From: the human T2T-CHM13v2.0 reference genome, Homo sapiens
DNA length: 64,000 nt
Assembly (NCBI RefSeq): GCF_009914755.1
Contig: NC_060939.1
Reading direction: 5' to 3' (one strand)
The notes under the pieces are model-generated. The model had not been told where the DNA came from and did no database searches. It worked only from the letters and a program-made list of their open reading frames with translations. The number at the start of each line of letters is the position of its first letter. Within the stretch, counting starts at the first letter, position 1. Shown here piece by piece: positions 1-64,000 of the stretch. A program made the position numbers and the translations under genes.

Positions 1-172
1 TTAAATCCCTTGATGTTCCCATTTAACAGATAGGAAAACGGGGGCAGGGAGAAGAGGAACTGTAACTCCCAGTTTCCTTCCCCTTGCACCCAGAAACAGG
101 TTCTCTGAGCCCCTCTCCCCATCCCATGGAGGGTGGGGATGGGTCTTACGCACCCAGACCGTGTTCCTCCAG

Positions 173-292
173 GGAGAATGTGCTACGAAACCTAGCGGAT
201 AAGGCCTTTGACCGGCCCATCTGCGAGGCCCTCCTGGACCAGAGGTTCTTCAATGGCATTGGCAACTATCTGCGGGCAGAGATCCTGTACCG
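173..292 (+). CDS. NEIL1: NEIL1 exon 3 (120 nt)
   Basis: ccag|GGAGAAT...TACCG|gtcagc; ENVLRN...AEILYR. Confidence 0.95.
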
Positions 293-1283
293 GTCAGCAA
301 GCAGGCATGGGCATGGGGACTGCGGTGGGCCAGGTGTGCCCACATTCCCCACTGCCTAGCATGGCTTGCCTTGCCCCCACTACAGGCTGAAGATCCCCCC
401 CTTTGAGAAGGCCCGCTCGGTCCTGGAGGCCCTGCAGCAGCACAGGCCGGTAAGCCCAGAGAGGGATGGAGCACACGTGCTGGCACACTGGTGTCCACAT
501 GGGCCGGCAAGGAGATGGGTGGGGTCAGGTGTCCCCAGCTTAGCTCAACAACAGGGGTGGGGAGGGGATGAACTGCCCAAAGTCTGACCAAGCTCAGAGA
601 GAAGGTCAGCTGCCTTTACATGGCCCTGCTGACAGACAGGTCCTGCCCCTGCCCCTTCCTCAGAGCCCGGAGCTGACCCTGAGCCAGAAGATAAGGACCA
701 AGCTGCAGAATCCAGACCTGCTGGAGCTATGTCACTCAGTGCCCAAGGAAGTGGTCCAGTTGGGTGAGGCCAAAGATGGCAGCAACCTCTGCTTCAGCAA
801 ATGATTGTGTAACCCTGGGGCACTTGTCCCTCTCTGGACCTGATTCACCGATTTGGAAGTTTGTAGCCCTAGCTGATACTCAATGGACTAGGCCTCCTCA
901 CTTGTCAATAGTGTTTCCAGGCTGGGCGCAGTGGCTCATGCCTGTAATCCCAGCACTTCGGGAGGCCGAGTGGGGTGGCTCACCTGAGGTCAGGAGTTCG
1001 AGACCATCCTGGCCAACATGGTGAAACCCCATCTCTACTAAAAATGCAAAAAATTAGCCAGGTGTGGTGGCGGGCACCTGTAATCTCAGCTACTCGGGAG
1101 GATGAGGCAGGAAAATCGCTTAAACCCAGGAGGTGGAGGTTGCAGTTGAGCTGAGATCGTGCCATTGCACTCCAGCCTGGGCAACAAGAGCAAAACTCCA
1201 TCTCAAAAAAAAAAAAAACAAAAAAACAGTGTTTCCTCCAAGCTGCCCATGAGACAGGCAGGACAAGGATTCTTTTATATATT

Positions 1284-1328
<45 letters not shown>

Positions 1329-3108
1329 GTTTATATATATTTTTGGTAGAGATAGGATCTTGCCATGTTGCCTGGACTAGCCTCAAACTGGGCTCAAGTG
1401 ATCCTCCCACATCTGCCTCTAAGTAGCTAGGACTACAGGCTCACACCACCACACCGGGCTAATTGTTAAAAATTTTTTTTGTAGAGACAGGGTCTCCCTA
1501 TGTTGCCCAGGCTGGTATTGAACTCCTGGCCCCTAGGGATTCTCCCATCTAAGCTTCCCAAAGTGTCGGGATTACAGGTGTGGCCACTGCACAGGGCCAG
1601 GACAAGGATTCTTAATCCCACTCCAGGATGGGAAACCCATGGCCGAGTGGGAAGAAACCAGCTGAGGTCACATCACCAGAGGAGGGAGAGTGTGGCCCCT
1701 GACTCAGTCCATCAGCTTGTGTAGCTGAGGTCTGGGCCAGGTCTAACCAGGCTCCCCACTCCTCCCAACCTGAGCCTGCCCTCTGATCTCTGCCTGTTCC
1801 TCTGTCCCACAGGGGGCAAAGGCTACGGGTCAGAGAGCGGGGAGGAGGACTTTGCTGCCTTTCGAGCCTGGCTGCGCTGCTATGGCATGCCAGGCATGAG
1901 CTCCCTGCAGGACCGGCATGGCCGTACCATCTGGTTCCAGGTTGGGCCCTACTGTTCACACAGGCAGAGACCCCAGGAGGCTGATGGGTGGAAACGTGGG
2001 GTCACAATAACTGGGGTGGTGATGCTCAGGGTCTGTCTAGACCCTCCAAGGACCACACTGTTCCTGAGGGTCACACCCCTCCCCTCCCATGCGTCCCAGG
2101 GTTGCAGCTAGTGGAAGTAGCCCAAGGCAGGTAGCCCAAGTGAAAGTAGCCAAGGGCAGAGCAGCTTTGCTGATGTGGACTCTAACATGGGGGATGTCCT
2201 AGAGGCTTCCTAAGGGAGAAGCTACACTGATCTGGATGGGTGTGTGTGAGTCCTGCCTCTCCAAGGAATACCGCCCCTGTGCCAACCCAGGCTGATTCCT
2301 GAATTATCCCCATCCCATTTTAGGGGGATCCTGGACCGTTGGCACCCAAAGGTAAGCTACTCCTAATGTAATAGGCTAAGAGAGCAGAAAGGACTTCACG
2401 CCTGCAAGGGCTACAGCACCCTTCTCCACCCTATCCCCCTGCAACCCTGGGAGTCACCCCTGGGCAGGATAGGACCCTCCAACTCCAACACCAGTGTCCT
2501 GCAGGGCGCAAGTCCCGCAAAAAGAAATCCAAGGCCACACAGCTGAGTCCTGAGGACAGAGTGGAGGTATGGCTGCCTGCTCCCGCCTCCTCCCCTGCAC
2601 TCTGCAGCCCTGGCTGCCCCTCCCAGGCAGCTGCCTTACCCTAAGAGGGCGGGGGGAGTGGTGGGCCCTAACCAACCTCTGAACTGCTTTCTGAGCCCCT
2701 CAGGGACCCGTGTCTCCTCCATCCAGGACGCTTTGCCTCCAAGCAAGGCCCCTTCCAGGACACGAAGGGCAAAGAGAGACCTTCCTAAGAGGACTGCAAC
2801 CCAGCGGCCTGAGGGGACCAGCCTCCAGCAGGACCCAGAAGCTCCCACAGTGCCCAAGAAGGGGAGGAGGAAGGGGCGACAGGCAGCCTCTGGTGGGCTT
2901 TCCTCATCACTCCCAGAAACTGGCTCTACAGGAGAGGATGGGATGGTGGCCTAGGAGCGCGTGTACAAAGGTGGGAGAAAGGCTGCCATGGCAGCCCCTG
3001 GAGTCTTAGCTGACCATCTTGCCTGTTCTTCCCCCAGGCCACTGCAGACCCCGGAAGGTCAAGGCTGACATCCCATCCTTGGAACCAGAGGGGACCTCAG
3101 CCTCTTAG
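173..3108 (+). CDS. NEIL1: NEIL1 endonuclease VIII-like DNA glycosylase, 3' part (8 coding exons; 5' exons upstream of window)
   Basis: Spliced translation [39 protein letters not shown] (H2TH motif)...[14 protein letters not shown]...[14 protein letters not shown]; all introns GT-AG with consistent phases. Confidence 0.98.
386..449 (+). CDS. NEIL1: NEIL1 exon 4 (64 nt)
   Basis: acag|GCTGAAG...AGGCCG|gtaagc; [21 protein letters not shown]. Confidence 0.95.
664..763 (+). CDS. NEIL1: NEIL1 exon 5 (100 nt)
   Basis: tcag|AGCCCG...TTGG|gtgagg; [33 protein letters not shown]. Confidence 0.95.
919..1225 (+). mobile_element. AluS element
   Basis: Full dimer with A tail; TSD agtgtttcc. Confidence 0.92.
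1275..1597 (-). mobile_element. Old antisense Alu (J/FLAM-like) whose tail became a microsatellite
   Basis: TSD caggacaaggattctt at 1259-1274 and 1598-1613. Confidence 0.85.
1286..1325. repeat. (CA)n microsatellite, about 20 units
   Basis: Direct observation. Confidence 0.97.
1685..1759 (-). ncRNA. MIR631: miR-631 precursor hairpin, antisense within NEIL1 intron 5 (mature about 1724-1744)
   Basis: Reverse complement GUGGGGAGCCUGGUUAGACCUGGCCCAGACCUCAGCUACACAAGCUGAUGGACUGAGUCAGGGGCCACACUCUCC matches my recollection of hsa-mir-631 and folds back on itself. Confidence 0.9.
1774..1842 (+). promoter_or_regulatory. ADAR1 A-to-I recoding hairpin (NEIL1 K242R site at 1819-1820)
   Basis: Intronic ctctgatc (1781-1788) pairs with ggtcagag (1828-1835) and gcctgttcctctgt pairs with acagggggcaaaggc; K242R editing is established. 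Confidence 0.85.
1813..1940 (+). CDS. NEIL1: NEIL1 exon 6 (128 nt, contains K242 codon AAA at 1818-1820)
   Basis: acag|GGGGCAAA...TTCCAG|gttggg; [42 protein letters not shown]. Confidence 0.95.
2324..2351 (+). CDS. NEIL1: NEIL1 exon 7 (28 nt)
   Basis: ttag|GGGGAT...AAAG|gtaagc; GDPGPLAPK. Confidence 0.93.
2505..2566 (+). CDS. NEIL1: NEIL1 exon 8 (62 nt)
   Basis: gcag|GGCGC...GTGGAG|gtatgg; [20 protein letters not shown]. Confidence 0.93.
2727..2892 (+). CDS. NEIL1: NEIL1 exon 9 (166 nt)
   Basis: ccag|GACGCT...TCTG|gtgggc; [18 protein letters not shown]...GRQAAS. Confidence 0.93.
3038..3108 (+). CDS. NEIL1: NEIL1 last coding exon to TAG stop
   Basis: ccag|GCCACTGC...GCCTCTTAG; [22 protein letters not shown]. 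Confidence 0.95.
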
Positions 3109-3301
3109 CAGGAGGCTCTCCTTGCTTGCACTCACCCTTTCTTATTGTCTTGCCCTGCATCTGGGGGTCTGAATTTTTGGGAGCAGGCAATATCTGAAGG
3201 TGCAAACAGGCCCTACGGCTGTTCCCTGCACAACTCTCATGGTTTTAATTGTACCCCATCTTCCACATCTTTAAAGCTCATGTGAAAAATGCTGCATTTT
3301 T

Positions 3302-3307
3302 AATAAA
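3302..3307 (+). terminator. NEIL1 proximal polyadenylation signal
   Basis: AATAAA about 195 nt after the stop codon, followed by U/GU-rich sequence. Confidence 0.8.
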
Positions 3308-3880
3308 CTGATACATTTGAACTTCTTGGCACCTCTTGGTCTGAGATGGCCAGGTAGGAAGGGCCTGCTGTCCGGTCCTGGTGACAGAAGGCCCAGCTCC
3401 TCACAAGGCAAACTGAGCCCCCATCCCAGTCCTCAAGGCTCTGACTCTATCAGAGGACAGTTTGCCTCTGCAAGGACAGCCCCTCAGAGGTGGTACAAAG
3501 ACCCTGGCCCCAGGCAGCCCAGGAGCCAGAGCTCCTCCAGTCCAGATTCTCCAGGGTCCAGGGCTGCCCCCTCATCCTGGCAGGAGCCAGGCAAAACCCA
3601 CCCTTCGGCCCCTCCCCAGCCCCAGGCCCAGGCCCTTTACCTGCTGGCACAGGGGAGGGGCTTCTCAACTCATGGTCTCTTCACTGGCTTTTGGTGCCTC
3701 GAGGTCCCCAGTCTCTCCTGTGGGGGCTGCAACCCAGACCCTGCACGCACAGGTACCTTAGGATCTTGCCCCTACCCACCAAATACCTGGGAAGCCATCC
3801 CACCCCAGACTTCCCACCCCCACCCCAAGCGTGAGGATGGGCCCTAAGGGGACTGAGCAGCAGGGTTCCCGATCCAAGGA

Positions 3881-3886
3881 TTTATT
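3881..3886 (-). terminator. MAN2C1 polyadenylation signal
   Basis: tttatt on + = AATAAA on -, about 95 nt past the stop. Confidence 0.85.
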
Positions 3887-3979
3887 CCACAAGAAAAGAC
3901 TGATCCCTGCTTTAGGCTGGGGAAGCAGAAATTAGGAGTCCCCAGAGCCTTCTACAAACAAAACCCCAGCCCCAGGGAC

Positions 3980-16718
<12,739 letters not shown>

Positions 16719-17399
16719 CTACCGTTCCGCTCCACGGCAGGAAACCAAAGGTTCCGGCGTCCAGAGGGCGCCTCCCAGTCCCGGGCAGCTTTTCTTGGAA
16801 CACCGGCGGCTCTCGGAAGCCCAGCTGCTGTCTGAACTTTGAGCCGAGTTGGAAGCTAGAAACTGTTTTTGAGGCTCTCCTATGTTGTCCGAAATAGTGG
16901 GCCGCAGGGAAAATCTCAAAATAAAATGGGAAATTTGACGATTAGAACTCTCGAAAGTCTCAAGACAGAGACTTAGGCCATTCGGCAAGACAGGCGGGAG
17001 CCTCAGCTGCTGCAGACCCAGCCTCAGAAGCAGCAACCGGGAGACCTCTGGCTCTAGCTGTCGGTGAACACGGAAAGTGGTGTTTGCTTAACGTGGAGCC
17101 AGACTACCCGGAATAGGTGTTTTCATACCGGACGGAGATCAGGGTGTTAGTGAGCAGGGTGGTAGAGCTTTACGCCCAAGTTACTACGACTTACTCGATT
17201 ACACGCTTTACTGAATGTATATTGCTAACTCTTGCACATCACCAGAAACTCTGGAGTTTGAGGTGGCAGAACAGTCATGGCATTGACGATCCCAATGGAA
17301 AAATGTATTTCACCATACAGGACTGTAGAGTCCCGGGAAGCCATAATACCAGAAACAGACCTCCAGTTTCATTCTCATCCCTAGTACTCCACTGACAGC

Positions 17400-20074
17400 T
17401 TTATTTTTTTTCTCCTGGGGTTGCCAAGAGTCTTTGTCTATAAAATCATTAGGAACAAAAAAAAAATACACAAGATTAGCCCTGATATTTTAATGGAAAT
17501 ACTGACCAAGTTTACAACATTTCAAATGCAGATCACACGGAAAGGTGACTAAGTACAGAATAACAAATGTGATTTAAAACAAAGATAACCTGCTGCTGCA
17601 TATAATACAGGTTGGGTTTAGAGCTTGGAGCTCAGATGTCAGACAGCAGGAGGAATAAAAATGCTACTTGTGAAAACCCAGGCTGTAGGTAAAACTTACT
17701 CTTTTGTTGGTTGCACTGGTGGGTTGGGACTTTCTCCTGAACTGGCCTTGAAATCCTATCCTGACCTGCAGGCAAGTGCTCTGGACAAAACACTGCAGGG
17801 GCAGCAACAGCTGGGGCTGACCCTGATCACACCCCACCAATTTCCCCTATGGTTCCAGGTCAACATGACCTTTCTTGAGGGAACACGGGGATAGGTGAAT
17901 TATTTGAGAAAACCTCAAGATCTTTCCCCTAAATCAGTACACATGACCACCGCCAAGTCAGACACTGCCCCAGCTTTGCCCTAAAATCTCATCCCACAAA
18001 GCTCTTTTTGGCACCCTACACTTTGGCTCACAGTCTCTTCTCCCCAGTACAAAAAAAGCCTAAAATCAGGCCAGGGTGGCTCACACCTGTAATCTCAGCA
18101 CTTTGCGAGGCCGAGGTGGGAGGACAGCTTGAGGCCAGGAGTTTGAGACCAACCTGGGCAGCATAGCAAGACCCTGTCTCTACAAAAAGTTAAAAAATTA
18201 GCTGGGCGTGGTGGCATGCAGCTACTCAGGAGGCCGAGGTGGGAGGACTGCTTGAGCCTGGGAGGTCAAGCCTGCAGTGAGCTATGATCGTGGCACTGCA
18301 CTCCAGTGTGGGTCATAAAGCGAGACACTGTCTTTAAACAATAAAAGCCTAAAATCAGAGAGGTCTACCATGTGTTTTGAAAATCCAGGAGCCAAAAAAT
18401 TTTGTTTTTCTTTTTGGTGGTGGTGGTGATTTTTAACTAAAAAGCAAACATAAAACACACAGAACATTGCTGGTTACAACTAAGACTTGCGTAATGGTTG
18501 CTGAAGAAAAATCCACCAGAGTACTGGGAGGGGCTCAGTTGGTCTTTGTTCAGAAAGTCCAGGTTAACCACATAGAAAAATCCTAATCATTCATGTTTAA
18601 ATGTCTGCTAGTTTAAATTTATGTAATTAAAAAAATAGGTATCCCATTTCAAATTCTCTCCCTCCCAACTCCATTTATAAGGTATACCACATGCCTTATG
18701 CACACTTTTTTTTCAAACACTGGTTTGGTATTTAAGTTGCTCACCCCCATCCATCACCAATGTGAATAAGAAAAAATATATAGAAATACAAACTACATAG
18801 CTTGACAACTTACCCAAATATAAAATATTTTCAGATTATTTGAACAAGGGAAAAAAACACGTACTAAAAGACTTAAGTATTCTAAGATTTTGGAATATTT
18901 TGATTTGGGACAAGTAACAAGTATTTTAAGCAAAATCCTGTTTCTACCCTGGATAAGGAACTGAAGTCAAAATCCCTGCTTCACAGTATTTTCTGGTGAG
19001 GACAAGGGACGTGGGTTGAGAGTTTATTCCTTAAGTAAGAACCAAGCTTTATTTATTTACAAAAAAAAAAAAAAAAAGTTGGGGGCAAAGGGGAAGACAA
19101 GTTTTACACAAAAGTACTACAATGGTAACTCCCTTTGGTAAAAAGTGTAATAAATGTCTTGTACATCTGTTCATAGGTACTAAATCTGAAGCCACAGTAC
19201 TATGGTACACAAGAAGCTAGAGCAGTTATGCTAGCACATCAAAGCATATTTCTTTTAATAAAAAATTGACAGTATGTACATTATGTACAAAAAAACAAGT
19301 TAAAATTGTGTGTGTGTGTGCGTGTGTGTGTCAGAGAGTAAAGCTGGTGGATGGCACTAAGGTAGACTAGTAAAGAGGCAGATACAAAACAGTTCCACGG
19401 GAGCTAAAAAGGACAACTGATTTGAACTCGTTGAGGTTGAGAACCAGAGGAGAGAAAAGGGTAGGCAGCAAGGGAATCGTCAGGAATAAAATCCACAAGA
19501 TGATCAATCCCAAAGCCAAACTGCAGGTCCCAGATAAAACCTAATGGGTGATCTTAGATGTGCTCGAGTGACCAGAAAAAAAAAATCAAATCCAGCTTTT
19601 TTTTCCTTTTGTGGGGAGGGGAGAGGAGCAGTGACCATGATAGTTCCAATCCATCTGAGTATTAAGTCCTTCTCCAGTCTGTTTTGTAAATGCATCTCCA
19701 TCCAGTCAAAGTGTGAACAGCATCCGGTTCCCTCATTGAAAGTTAGGCCACAGGAGACTCCAGTCTTAGCTCTGCTGGTGTGTGCAAGCAAACTGCATGT
19801 CTTTGCTTGCATGGACTTCCTTCCCCTCCAGGGCAGGCTATACCCAAAACCCTTTGGGAAAAGTTCCAGCTTCAGCTTTGTAAGGTATTCATGTTCCTAA
19901 CAGGTAGCCCACTTGGTGCCAGGCTGCACCAGCCACACACAGGTCAGGTGGCCATGTCCCAGAGAGGCCCAGTGAGGCTTGAAAGGCATCTTCCTTGTTT
20001 CTTCAGTGTGTGAGTGCATAGGCCCACACACACATCCCCACACACACCCCAAGTTATCTGCTCTGGCTTTGCAG
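17400..20074 (-). other. SIN3A: SIN3A 3' UTR with proximal (19023-19057) and distal (17488-17493, 17400-17405) poly(A) signals
   Basis: AATAAA on - at 19023-19028, 19048-19053, 19052-19057 and 17400-17405; ATTAAA at 17488-17493; AU-rich sequence. Confidence 0.75.
18069..18345 (+). mobile_element. AluJ inside the distal SIN3A 3'UTR (antisense to the mRNA)
   Basis: TSD aaaagcctaaaatcag on both sides. Confidence 0.88.
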
Positions 20075-62420
<42,346 letters not shown>

Positions 62421-63419
62421 TCAAGGTTATAAAAAGAAAGTAAGCTCATAATTACAAAAAAAAAACAAAAACAAATTATTTATGCCTAAGTATGCTTAAT
62501 GCAGTAAATGAAGTAAAAATATATTAAATATATACTTAAAAGTTAGTATGGATACCAATAATAAACTCAAGCTTAAAATAATAATCAACTCATAAAATCT
62601 GTAGCCTTGCCTTGGAAAATTTTGAACAGAATGATCAGTGAAGAATAATTACAATGATATATCATTTATTAATTCATTTCACAAGTATCTACTAAACTGC
62701 AACATACCAGGCCCAATGTGAGTACCAAGGATTCAATGACAAATAATTTGTAGCCCCTCGTCTATAGACATTTGTTTGTATGTAGTCAGGAATCATAACA
62801 CAGTGGGTAACCCGGTAATCACTCCATGCCTGGAGATGACATGGGAAGGACACGTCTTCTCCACCAAAAAAAGTGAGGCTTCCCCAGGAGGTAATGTATA
62901 AACTGAGACCTAAAGATGACTATAAGCTAGCAAAAGTGAAGACCAGTGAAGAAAATCAAAAGCGGCAGCACGGGTAAAATCCTAGACAGGATACGATATG
63001 GGATATTTAGAAATCTGAAAACAGTTTAGTTTGGCTGGAGGATCTGTAGTGAAGAGGAAGGAAAAGTAACAAAATGAGACAGAAAAAAAAGCAGGATCTA
63101 GATTCTGAAAGGATTTGTAAATCTTGTGAAAAAGCAATTTAGATTTTTATCATCTGCATTTTCGTGTACGCAATTTGACTGCAGTGTTGAGAAAAAATTG
63201 GCACAAGAGCAGAAAAGATTGAAAGGAGGTAGGAAGACCAGGTATGCTACAGGAATAACTGGACAACTCATGTGAAAACAGTGGCTTGAATTATAGTACT
63301 GGCCCAGAACAACAGAGAGAACTGCATAGATAAAAAAGCTTTTTGGGTAGTAGAAGTGACAGGATTGGGGAACTGACTGAATAGAGGAGCTAAGGGAGAG
63401 CCAGCATTCAAAAGTGATC

Positions 63420-64000
<581 letters not shown>

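Noticed and set aside
293-385. NEIL1 93-nt (3n) intron as an in-frame retained intron
   Set aside because: Contains an in-frame TAG at 357-359
3317-3847. 176-aa ORF between the NEIL1 and MAN2C1 3' ends
   Set aside because: TTG start, directly after the NEIL1 poly(A) signal, no promoter or domain

Overview
Human genomic DNA, recognisable as the NEIL1-MAN2C1-SIN3A locus on 15q24.2. Genes: the last eight coding exons of NEIL1 (+ strand, 173-3108); MIR631 antisense in a NEIL1 intron; the complete 26-exon MAN2C1 gene (- strand, exon lengths sum to 3123 nt = 1040 aa + stop); and the last 18 exons of SIN3A (- strand, 3456 nt of CDS, 5' exons lie beyond the window). SIN3A introns hold processed RPL13 and HMGN2 pseudogenes, dozens of Alus and old LTR and DNA-transposon relics. 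I see no foreign or wholly new system, and most ORF-track entries are Alu-derived or antisense noise. The best second-look items are RNA-processing signals: a candidate 54-nt poison exon in SIN3A intron 8; the NEIL1 K242 ADAR recoding hairpin with upstream inverted Alus and MIR631; two consecutive stop-free in-frame MAN2C1 introns, one of them GC-AG; a tandem duplication that copies a MAN2C1 splice donor; and NEIL1/MAN2C1/SIN3A overlap or read-through geometry. Exon numbers and repeat family names are from memory, not from a search, and repeat boundaries are approximate.
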